NCBI GenBank assembly: GCA_020184695.1
Contig: JAANOX010000034.1
Span: 124,001 to 188,000, forward strand
Direction of reading: 5' to 3'
Origin: Histomonas meleagridis 2922-C6/04-290x
Lineage: Eukaryota; Protista; Parabasalia
DNA length: 64,000 nucleotides
Position 1 is the stretch's first letter. Every line of letters starts with the position of its first letter. A model generated the notes under the pieces. It was given only the letters and a program-made list of their open reading frames with translations. It was not told the DNA's origin and did not search any database. Made by a program: the position numbers and the translations under genes. Positions 10,367-20,236 of this stretch are shown here, in pieces.

Positions 10367-12286
10367 TTATGTTGTATTTTCCTTTGAGGTCTTAATTGCC
10401 TCGTCGATTGTTGCCTTTATTCTTTGGCTTACCTTTTCCAAATATTTATTTATTGTTGATCCAACGATTAGTTCCAATGTCACCACGCATTCTATAGCGG
10501 CTGATCTTACTTCTGTTTTCGGGGATTCCAAACACGGGATCAAGAACTGCATCACCACTTGCAGACTTAACCCAGGCACATTCAAGTCGCCTTTTTTCAA
10601 AATGAACTTATGTAACATTTTTATTTGCGCTAAAGCGATTTTATATTGGTTTTGGTTCTTTATAGGGTTTACAATTATTGGAATTGCAATTTCATATTGC
10701 TCTTTATTTAAGAGCCACATGATGAACTTACACGCAAGTTTAGAGAGCGGCGCTTGCGAACATCCTATCTTCGGAATTAGTGACGGTATCATTTGATTAA
10801 TGCATCGCGAAAGTTCACTGTTACTAATTTCAAGTGAATCGCCAACATCAATAATGCCTTCGATCGCAGCTTGGAAAACAGCTTTATGCGTTTCCTTCAG
10901 ACGATGTTTCATGATAAAACAATAGCGAGAGTATGCGTTGATTTGTTGGTCTTTAAGACCTTTGATAAGTTTGGCTAATTCGCGGATTCCATCAACTCGA
11001 AGATTCCAATCATGGGAATAAAAACATGCAACAACACGCTTACCAAACAGATTGACTAAAAGTGAAGCTTCCTGTGCATTAGCTGGTGAAAGCTCGCCTG
11101 GATCTGTTGGAAGGACATCTTTATTGCCCTCAGATCGAGGAGGTGGAGCTTTTCCTCCTTTAGCAGGATGAATCGGTCGATTATCCTCATACTCTGGTTC
11201 AGTTCGGGAAGGATGAATTGGACGTTCGTCCTCATATGTATTATTTTGGGGTTCTGGGTCAATCCTAGATGGACGAATTGGACGCTCGTCTTCGCGTTTA
11301 TTTGTTTGAGGTTCAGGTTCAACTCTTGCTGGACGTATTGGACGATTATCTTCATACTCAGTATATTGAGGTTCAGGTTCAACTCGAGGGTGAATCGGCT
11401 CTTCTAAGCCAACCCTATGACGTGGTGGCGGAATTTCATCTTCGCTAAATGTCGGTTGTGGCTTCTTCTTTCTCTTGGGCGCAGCGACCGTTTCGAACTC
11501 GGCGGTTGGCGGTTGTGACAGCTGCGGTTTCGGTTGTCGGGGTGGTGCATCTTTTGGTTGAGCGCCGCCGCCATTTAGCAGTGTATCAATTTCTGTTTTG
11601 ATTCTTTGAGCTGTTGCATAATCTTCATGTGCAATTGCATCTGCTTTTTGTTGTTGAAGTTGCGAGATTTTATCATGTGCACGACGGACACGATCAATTT
11701 GACGCTTGAGTGTTTCCGCTGTTTTATAATCTTCATTAAGGACAGCTTCTTTCTTTTTCCTTTCAAGCTCATTTAGAAGATCATTTGAATCCGTCATTCC
11801 GGTGTTGGATTTTGCTTGGTTAGACTTTGTTTTAGGTACTCCACCTTTTCCAATAAAATTAACTGATACAATTCCGACTTGATTAGTGATGTTATTTGGA
11901 TTAGGATGACAATCTGCAATTGATATTTTTACATATTGAGCTTCAATTCCATTTAACATGGCTGTCTTAAGCTCACGTGCAGTGTAATTTGTGTGTGAAT
12001 TATCTGAAAAAGGAAAGGATCCAAGTGCATGAAAAACCTTATCAGAAGAAGCAACATATAAATCAATGCGTGATGGAATTTTATATTGGTGTGCTAAAAA
12101 CTGAATCATTTGTAGTTCTGCTTTTTCATATAAATCAACTATGAATTCAACTGGATAATGTGGTGAAGGAGCAGATTGCCAGCCTGCTGAGCGTACAGAA
12201 GCTGACTGAATCAATGAAATTGGATGAGCTGATTCTTCTGAAGAGCAACTTATGATTTGATATGCTAAAGATGTTTCTTCACTCAT
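10367..12286 (-). CDS. CEP104: CEP104-like centriole/ciliary-tip protein (jelly-roll, UVR coiled coil, TOG domain)
   Basis: IISCSSEES..GWQS...YPVEFIV, IQFLAHQYKIPSRIDLY, GSFPFSDNSHTNYTARELK, KKKEAVLNEDY, FYSHDWNLR. No C-terminal zinc fingers. Confidence 0.85.
   Translation of the reverse strand: MSEETSLAYQIISCSSEESAHPISLIQSASVRSAGWQSAPSPHYPVEFIVDLYEKAELQMIQFLAHQYKIPSRIDLYVASSDKVFHALGSFPFSDNSHTNYTARELKTAMLNGIEAQYVKISIADCHPNPNNITNQVGIVSVNFIGKGGVPKTKSNQAKSNTGMTDSNDLLNELERKKKEAVLNEDYKTAETLKRQIDRVRRAHDKISQLQQQKADAIAHEDYATAQRIKTEIDTLLNGGGAQPKDAPPRQPKPQLSQPPTAEFETVAAPKRKKKPQPTFSEDEIPPPRHRVGLEEPIHPRVEPEPQYTEYEDNRPIRPARVEPEPQTNKREDERPIRPSRIDPEPQNNTYEDERPIHPSRTEPEYEDNRPIHPAKGGKAPPPRSEGNKDVLPTDPGELSPANAQEASLLVNLFGKRVVACFYSHDWNLRVDGIRELAKLIKGLKDQQINAYSRYCFIMKHRLKETHKAVFQAAIEGIIDVGDSLEISNSELSRCINQMIPSLIPKIGCSQAPLSKLACKFIMWLLNKEQYEIAIPIIVNPIKNQNQYKIALAQIKMLHKFILKKGDLNVPGLSLQVVMQFLIPCLESPKTEVRSAAIECVVTLELIVGSTINKYLEKVSQRIKATIDEAIKTSKENTT
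11130..11410 (-). repeat. Five imperfect ~15-19 aa coding repeats (EDxRPIxPxRxEPEP) within CEP104
   Basis: PIHPRVEPEP / EDNRPIRPARVEPEP / EDERPIRPSRIDPEP / EDERPIHPSRTEPE / EDNRPIHP. Confidence 0.85.
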
Positions 12287-13337
12287 TAAAAATACGTTAT
12301 TTTAAAATTGATACATAGACGATCATATATGTCTCAAAAAGTTGCATGCCAAGATTTTTAATGTTGAAAAAAAATAGATATATGTATGTTTTTTATTTGT
12401 TTTCTTAGTTTTGGAATATTTTAATATAATATTTGGGATTAATTTCAAACACCACTTATCAATTTAGAAATAGTAAAGTTTTAATCCATATCCGGCAGAA
12501 AACCCCCTATTTCTTGGTAAAGTAAAACACAAAAAATCACCAAAATTGTTTGACTATTTGAGTTTATTTACATTGCGTTTTTTTGGACTATATGAGTAAT
12601 CTGACAATCAATTTATCATTTCATAAATTTGTTAAAAGATCACTAACCTTAATCTCACTGTGAAGTAGTAGTATGCATGTGTTGTTATGAGCTTTTTCTG
12701 CTTCTTTTCCTTGCATCACGAGGTTTGGCATTTGGGAAGCATTTAACAACTTCAAATTATAAACGTATTGTTATCAATTTGGGAAAAATTTATCACAAAT
12801 TTTGAGTGAAAAAATATGGATCGGGATATTCAAGAATTCTTCTAGAACATCAGGGAATTAACATTAATAATGAAAGCAAGAAACCATGATTCTATATGTA
12901 AATTTATTAATGACATTAAAGGACACCTTTCTTTTTATATAATTGTGATATTTTTGTTACCACAAGCTTTTGATATACCGTTCATTTTTACATGGGAATT
13001 CCTTTGGAAAATTGCATTGTTGACATTGGTCGGAAATATACCGAAAATAATTATTTTACATGAGATTTATTATAAATGTTGTAACCCAACACATGAAATT
13101 AGTTTAAAACCAAATAATTCGGATTTAGGAAGTTCTTCAATATTAATTATTTAGAAATATCATAGATGTTTAGAATAAAGGATTTAAAAGATTTTGTTTT
13201 TTCTTTTTTGACTAAAAGTAACAAGTATCCTGGCACCGGTGCCATTTTAACCCCATAAAAGATAGAATGTAAAGAATCAGAGGCAGGATTCAAATTGCCA
13301 AAAATCTTTTTTTGAATTTGAAGTATGTTTTGGTTAG

Positions 13338-13769
13338 TTAACTATTAGGCATGATACACTTGGCGAGGAATTCAGATTCTGAGATATCAAAATTATCGGT
13401 AGCTTGGATTTCTATTAAAGTACCATACCATTCATATTGAAGAAGGTTCTTGAATCTATTTTTACCCCCATAAATGAGCATCTTCTTTTTGATTGAAACA
13501 CTGTCAGGTGACCAAACAATAAAAATTAATCTATTGTGTAAAATACCATCTTCACCCTTATATTCGAAATCATAAACAACATAGCGAACATCATCTGGTG
13601 GAAGATCGTCAAGGAGATCATCACAGACCTTACTTCTTTCACCTGTTTTTTCAACGAAGATACGCCACAGGTCGAATGCAAAAATAACATAGCGGTATTT
13701 TTCACCGTTCCTGATGTACCTTAAAGCTGTGTCGCATTCTTCGAGAATTACAATTCCAGAATCAGCCAT
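13338..13769 (-). CDS. ADF/cofilin actin-depolymerising factor
   Basis: MADSGI start, LPPDDVRYVVYDFEY, RLIFIVWSPDSVSIKKKMLIY, EIQATD. Confidence 0.92.
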   Translation of the reverse strand: MADSGIVILEECDTALRYIRNGEKYRYVIFAFDLWRIFVEKTGERSKVCDDLLDDLPPDDVRYVVYDFEYKGEDGILHNRLIFIVWSPDSVSIKKKMLIYGGKNRFKNLLQYEWYGTLIEIQATDNFDISESEFLAKCIMPNS

Positions 13770-14525
13770 GATTACACACTAGAACTTAAGCTTTTTGATC
13801 GTGAATTTCACTTTTTGTAAAAGGTCCTTCACGAAGGTGATGTCACTGCCTGTGAAAAAATTGAGAGCAATTAACTTAAAAGTGACGAATAACCGTCTAT
13901 TTTTGTCGGTCTGACACTTCGAGCAAAACACTAAAATACGAAGTAAAGTATAGAAATCATACCGAAAAATTAAAAATTGATTTGAAACAGCTGTAATTAT
14001 TGAAATAAAAATCTGATTAGTATATAATAACTATTATTAAATCTTCAGAAGACAGATTTTTTAAATTTTTTTTATATATAAATTAAAGTTAAATTTAGAC
14101 GATTTTCAAAAAATTGTCTATTGAATTTTTTTTTAAAGGTACTTTGTTATTGTGGGTACGTTAAATGTTATCGTAATTGTTGTTTCTTGGTTTGAAATCG
14201 ATTTTACCTTAAGAAAAAATTATTTGAACTTTTCACTTCATCTTTGGATACAAATGACATATTACTTTGAAGGGATCATTATTAACAGCAAGTATGTTTT
14301 TTAATGATTAGCAACTTTTGAATTTACGATTGCTTTGATATCCATTGAGAAAACTTTCATTTTATGATATTAACGCACAATTTTTGACCGTTTATTTATC
14401 CGAGCATGTCCTTTTTGAAAGCTGAGCATATAAAAATTTTCTTAACTTTACATCGCTCGGTGGTCGAGGTTTTTTTCGACCGCAGGTTAAAAATGCCACC
14501 CATCGAATAATGTCACCTCACTTTA

Positions 14526-15443
14526 ATGATAACAATATTCGAGGACAATAAATTCGTTTCATTAGCAGAAAATTTTGATTATGTCACAGCAAAAGCGAAT
14601 GGAAAACCAATGGTTTTTATTCCAATCTTTGGTCCGTATAATGTTGGAAAATCTTCAACGATAAAAAAAATTACATTAGACACTAACATTTTAGAAAGTG
14701 ATGGATTTTTAGAAACTCGTAGTGGAACAAATATATATGGACCATATCCGTACAATGAAATTAGGAAAAGATTTGATATGGAAGATGTTGAAGATGGTGA
14801 AACGCAAGTTTTCTTTTTCGACACAAATCCAACAGGTCCATATGGTAAAACATCGATTTTCGAAGAAAAATCCTATATTGATCAACTTGTCGCACCATGT
14901 ATAGCTCTTTCTTCTGTTATCATCTTTATGATAAGACCAAATAATAGTGTACATGAAATTGAAGTAATACGAAGAATATTTCAAGCTATTAAATCTATCC
15001 GTCAAGATATGCGAATAATAATACTTGTTACAAATATTCCAAAATATCGTCCAAAACAAGGCAAATTCGAAAAATATCAAAAGAAGTTAATGAAAGTATT
15101 TGTTCCAAGATTTGGTGAAGATTTTAAAACTGCAGATTTTATTCCACTTCCTTACGAATTCAATCAGTCCGAATATGATGAAGGCTTTAAAATCTTTGTA
15201 CAACATCTTATGAATCATATTGAAGAAACAAGACGTGATTTTGTTCTTGATCAACAAAGTGCAAGTGATATCTTTAAATCAATAACTTCAAAGGCTGATG
15301 ATCAATTGCTTACTGAGCTTGCGCAGCATGTTATAGCTGAAGCAAAAAGAGCGGCTGAAGAAAGATTAAAACTAAGAAAGAATAAACATTTATATGTTTC
15401 AATTTACTTAATACTTTGTGGCTTAAGAAGATGTTTGTATTAA
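14526..15443 (+). CDS. P-loop GTPase, GBP/atlastin-like N-terminal domain
   Basis: IPIFGPYNVGKSST Walker A and VFFFDT G3-like motif; Inr TCACTT just upstream. The 3' end is odd (see findings). Confidence 0.6.
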   Translation: MITIFEDNKFVSLAENFDYVTAKANGKPMVFIPIFGPYNVGKSSTIKKITLDTNILESDGFLETRSGTNIYGPYPYNEIRKRFDMEDVEDGETQVFFFDTNPTGPYGKTSIFEEKSYIDQLVAPCIALSSVIIFMIRPNNSVHEIEVIRRIFQAIKSIRQDMRIIILVTNIPKYRPKQGKFEKYQKKLMKVFVPRFGEDFKTADFIPLPYEFNQSEYDEGFKIFVQHLMNHIEETRRDFVLDQQSASDIFKSITSKADDQLLTELAQHVIAEAKRAAEERLKLRKNKHLYVSIYLILCGLRRCLY

Positions 15444-16056
15444 AAAGAAAGAGAAAAATCCATTCGTGAAACTATTTAATAGGTTTCAAATGTATATTAT
15501 TTTCAGTAATCATGCTCAAAATCAAAGAAGTTAAATAAAAAGTCATTTTGTTTTTTGTATTAAAGGGTTTCTTGAATTGGATACCAATATCTTTTCGGAA
15601 AAAAAAATTAATTTCCTTATATCTTATAGCTTTTTCTAAAAGATTATAGCAATCTGGAATTGACTATCAATTAACAAAAACCCCTTATACAGAGGGGCGA
15701 AAAAGTACCCAAATCACCCCCTAAAAATGTTTAAAACCATAAATTATAAACTTGATTTAAAATGTATATAACTTTTTATTGAATATATATTTTTTTATAA
15801 AATTTTCATATGCTCATATTCATTAAAGGTTATATTAATGTATAAGTATCATTTTATGTCTCACTGTATTCATTATAAAGAATTAGTGAGTGTGTACTTT
15901 TACACCCCTTTTATATTTGTAACATAGTAACTATATTTATGACAATTTGCATCCTAAAATAAACTATAAAATCACTATAAGTAGAAAATTTAATGCAATG
16001 AACCAAAAGTGTTTACAAGGATTTTTATTATTTTTCGGTTTTTCATCACTGTAATA

Positions 16057-17381
16057 TTATTTTTGTATATTATTACAGAAAGGGCATCCGTTTTGCTTAA
16101 TGAACACCATGCACTCGTTACACACAGGCGATCTGCATTGTTTACATCTCATCACCGCCTTATTCTTACCGCACCACTTACACATCAATTGGTTACCTGA
16201 GCTGCTCTGTTGTTTCTGTTGTGTCTGTTGCGGCGGCGATGCCATATCTATAGCGTACATTACTCCTTTCAGTATAGTGCCTAAAGCGTTCAGTTGATTC
16301 ATAATTTCGTTCTGATGCGATTGCAACAAGTTTAAAGCCGAATGATGTTTCTCATATTTTTCCTTCAGCAAGTTAAATTGTTGCGCTTGATAATCCTCTT
16401 TCTTTTGTAGCCTTAAAATCGTCTCTTTTAATCGATTATGTTCTTCAATGAAGTCTTTCTCGAGTAATGATTCATCATCAAGTGTTTGCTCCTTTAATTT
16501 CTCGTCCTGTTTCTTCTCGATCTTTTGAAACATTTGGATAAGTTCAGTGTATTCTTCTGATTGCGCATAACTCTTCGGAGTGACGCCATTTATGTCCTTA
16601 AGTTCAATGTTCGCATTAAACTTAACTAACAATGTGGCAACATCAAGTTTCTTATGCTTAACTGCATAATGAAGTGCTGTAAATCCAAATTTGTCTTGCA
16701 AATTAACATTCGCATTAGACTCTAATAACAATGAGCAGATTTGAATGTAACCAAACCATGAGGAAATGTGTAACGCTGTGCGGCCTAAAAAGTCTTGGGA
16801 ATCAATGTTGGCATGAAACTGAAAGAGAATCGGTATGCATTGGATTTGATTAAACCAACATGATAAATGTAATGATGTACGTCCTGCTCCATCATGTTGA
16901 TTAACATTTTCACCAACTTCAAGTAGCTTCTTAAGGCATTCAATGGACCCGCTTTTGGAGGCTATAATGAGTGGTGAATCAACTGAATTATTGGTTTGAT
17001 TGGTTTTGGCACCATGCTCAATTAGAAAGGTTAACACTTTCGGTTGATCTAGCTTGCATGCCCAATGTATGATTTTCCAAAATAAATTAAATAAATTCCA
17101 AATATAAAAATGAAATATTAAACAAAAAAATTAAACACCAAATAATGTAAAAAAATATCTTCGCTTTCAATACTATGTCCGGATTTTATAAGTAAATTGG
17201 CAATTTCAAAGGTTTCATTAAGAACAGCAATAAATAAAACTGGAACTTGTTTACGATATATCCCCCTAAAATGATAACGTGGTACACATTCATTAGGAGT
17301 GAGAGTTTGGATCATGGATGCAAGCAAATTGTTTTTATGTTCTTGGCAATACTGAATGTAAAGGTCTATGTCTTTTTGCAT
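16057..17381 (-). CDS. Ankyrin-repeat protein with coiled coil and C-terminal Cys-rich zinc finger; two coding segments (17381-17157 and ~17088-16057)
   Basis: Five to six ankyrin repeats (GRTSLHLS, GRTALHIS, GFTALHYA) and a CKWC..CKQC..CNEC..CPFC tail. The two ORFs are in different frames, separated by an AT-rich insert. AAAGTGAC lies upstream of ATG 17381. Confidence 0.8.
17089..17156 (-). other. Candidate non-canonical intron (~68 nt, AT...TT, no AG)
   Basis: Removing 68 nt restores the reading frame and exact ankyrin spacing D-x-x-x-W-K-I-I-H-W-A. Boundaries are ambiguous because of A/T runs. Confidence 0.6.
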
Positions 17382-17717
17382 TTCGATTGTGTCACTTTTA
17401 TGTAAATGGGGTGCCTCATTCTTCAAATAACACGTGTTATTGCCTATTTAATAAATTTGTATCTAAAAGAAAAAAATTAACATCAATTTGAATAAATACT
17501 TAATTTTTTGATGTTATTGTTAATATTGTTTACTTACATAACTGGAAATATTTTGCCAATTGTTCACAAAGTTGTGTTTTATCATTAACACATTTTCAAA
17601 GTTTTTTAAGAATCATTAAAAACGGAAAACCATTTTATATATAAAATCAAACAAAATTCATATTTCCTAAGATCTAGTTTTTTATTACAAACATTTAAAT
17701 TTCTATTAAATATGAAT

Positions 17718-19073
17718 TTAACCCAAAGTTGAAATATCAAATAATGAAACAACTTTATCAGAAAAAACACAAACAGCCTCTACGTCGCTATTTCCCATTT
17801 CTACAAACGAGCTAATAACTCCATTGTTTATATAAAATTGTATTAAAGGTTTAACATCAGTTAAACTTTTTACTTTATTCAAAGCGTCATATATTGCTTC
17901 CAACACCGTCAAAATTGCTTCAGTTTTATCATTTTCCATAAAAGAACAAAGTTGAATAAACACATTATTTGAAAGTGCTAAACAACGTTGTTCCAATGAA
18001 CCTTGATTTAATATATTTTGAAATATTATCGAAGTATATAATTGTGATTTATAACAACCAATTCGAAAAACTTTATCTGCTAAAAGCAAAAAATTGTTAT
18101 CAAACAACGATTGAACATATTTTTCGCCGCCATTCATTAATAACATTATAATTTTAAGTGAGATTGCTTCGAGTTCTTTATTTTCTGATGCAACAAACAT
18201 GTAAAGCATTTGCCAATCAATTATATCAAAAAGTTCATTTGGAAAATCGTTTAACTTTTGTAATGCTGTTGAGAAAACTCTTAACAATGGAATCGTTGCA
18301 TTTGTATTTATTGCGCCCCAAATTAACTTGTATAATTCAATAACATTAAACTCAAAGTCATAAAACTTAATGACATACATAAGACACCAACAAACATTAG
18401 TTAAAAGTGGTTCATTCAATGGCTGTAACATCCATATAAAAAAATGAACCAATTCATGAATCTCTGATAGAGTTAAGGTGGTAGAGCTGATGATAATATT
18501 ATAAAGAAATTTGAGACATTTCTTTTTAAGTGAAATATTGGAAGATGATGAAGCCCAAATTATTGATTGTTGGTAAAATGATGATTTTGCACAATTAATA
18601 ATTTGAAGCGTCGAATTGTCTGGATCTGCTAAATTTGTATATATTATTGCAATTTGGATTTGCGTAATTATCGAAGGATATGTGAAAATAAGTTGAAGAC
18701 CCTCAAAAATATTTTTATCAACAAGAAACGGGATTAAATCAGGGGTGTAAAAAGAAAATTCTGAAATAATATTTAATGCAGCAATAAGAATATTTTCTGG
18801 CATATTTATGTTGATAAATTGAAAAATAAAATCAATGATATTGCATTCTAATACTATTTTGGGTTCAATTTTTTTGTTCCAAGATTGAATTATTTGGTAA
18901 AACTTGTGAATTTCGATTGGAATTTCTGCAAAGTTTAAAGAAAATTGATAAAGTGTATAAAAAAACTCTGTAAATTTACTTCCTATCTCTCTTTGAGTAG
19001 TCTTAAGTTTATTTTTAGCCAAATGAAAAGGCTTTTTTTCTTTTGTAATCATTAGTAAACGTACATTTGTCAC
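17718..19073 (-). CDS. ARM/HEAT-repeat protein (importin-alpha-like)
   Basis: 451-aa intact ORF with ARM-like repeats (AALNIISEFS, LLTNVCWCLMYV, AILTVLEAIYDAL). Confidence 0.65.
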   Translation of the reverse strand: MTNVRLLMITKEKKPFHLAKNKLKTTQREIGSKFTEFFYTLYQFSLNFAEIPIEIHKFYQIIQSWNKKIEPKIVLECNIIDFIFQFININMPENILIAALNIISEFSFYTPDLIPFLVDKNIFEGLQLIFTYPSIITQIQIAIIYTNLADPDNSTLQIINCAKSSFYQQSIIWASSSSNISLKKKCLKFLYNIIISSTTLTLSEIHELVHFFIWMLQPLNEPLLTNVCWCLMYVIKFYDFEFNVIELYKLIWGAINTNATIPLLRVFSTALQKLNDFPNELFDIIDWQMLYMFVASENKELEAISLKIIMLLMNGGEKYVQSLFDNNFLLLADKVFRIGCYKSQLYTSIIFQNILNQGSLEQRCLALSNNVFIQLCSFMENDKTEAILTVLEAIYDALNKVKSLTDVKPLIQFYINNGVISSFVEMGNSDVEAVCVFSDKVVSLFDISTLG

Positions 19074-19207
19074 CTTTTTGATAAACTTATTGTCAAATTT
19101 TACAAAAGCATTTTTTAAAAAATATTTTTTAAGAATTAATTTGATATAAAAGCTTTTAAATTTTCTCCATAATGATAAATATTTTATGATTTAGATATTA
19201 TTTGTAA

Positions 19208-19811
19208 ACAGCACTTATGATAGCATGTTCTCTGAGAACAATTCTTATATTGTAGAATATCTACTTAAGTATTTAAATATTGATGGAGATCAGAATAATT
19301 TTTCATTATATAATTTGGAATTTGTTCAATTTTTTTCAACTTTCAAAATAATATTTGATATTAAAATATCATTATTAAAACTCCTTTAATTATTTTTTTT
19401 CATAAGCGTTTCATTGAAAAAGTTAAATATCTTATAAAACACAAAGAAAATTAATGTAAATTGTCAAAATGTTTATATGATAACAATAGATACTTTCAAA
19501 TTTTTTTATGTTTAATTCAAATATTTGGAAAGAATTTACAATATTTTGGACAGCTTTAATGTTTGCTTCTCATAATAATCGCATAAATGTTGTTAAATTG
19601 TAGTTTGAAAGGAATTCATATAAATATAAAAAATATTTTTTTTCTTTATTTAAATGCTATAAAAAATGTACATTTTTATCTATATCTCATTAATCTGGAT
19701 CTTTTTTTTACTAACATTTAACACAGCGCTTATGCTTGCTTTTCCAAAGGGAAAAATGATATTTACGAATTATTCCAAGAATATAAAAATAAAGAATTAT
19801 CATTGACTTAA
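19208..19811 (+). pseudogene. Decayed ankyrin-repeat gene with an AT-rich insert in each repeat junction
   Basis: Segments TALMIAC..IVEYLLK, KTPLII..KVKYLIK..INVNCQN, WTALMFASHNNRINVVKL* and NTALMLA..DIYELF are separated by 71, 67 and 76 nt excess sequence. One in-frame TAG and small frameshifts. Not in the ORF track. Confidence 0.75.
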
Positions 19812-20236
19812 ATAATCAGCGCACTGGTTAAATTAAATGCTAAATTAATGTTCTATAAATTTAAATTGTGAAGCCAACATGTTTTTGGTGGTATTTAAAA
19901 TCGAAATTGTTAACTAAGCATAACATTATACAAAGGATATGGAAAAATATCTTTGCTGAATAGGAAAAGTTTTTATTTATTAAACATAATGCTACGTGAA
20001 AAATTATTTCCTTAACGTAGCAATCATTGTTGATGTATATGGTTTTTGGATACGTTACTTTTAATTGAAATTTGGGTTGCAAGACCTCATAGAAAATATT
20101 GAATGTGATCGGGGGCACCCCACATCAAGCTTTCGCTTTTGTATGGAATTGAATGCGTTCAATATTTTCTATTGTCACTTTTTCATTTGATTGCAAAAGA
20201 CATTTTTCAATTTGTTACACTCTTCAACGTTATTTT

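Noticed and set aside
12660-13154. ORF 12870-13154 or a degraded kinase
   Set aside because: Only faint kinase-like words; no consistent frame or motif.
17089-17156. U12-type AT-AC intron
   Set aside because: No ATATCC 5' consensus, no TCCTTAAC branch site and no frame-restoring terminal AC.
19471-19532. GT...AG pair within the second ankyrin insert
   Set aside because: Leaves 14 nt before the W codon, which is out of frame.
19668-19726. GTACAT...ACTAACATTTAACACAG as a canonical trichomonad intron
   Set aside because: The AG lies inside the ACA-GCG (T-A) codons of TALMLA, so splicing there would destroy the ankyrin motif. Cannot be fully excluded without cDNA.
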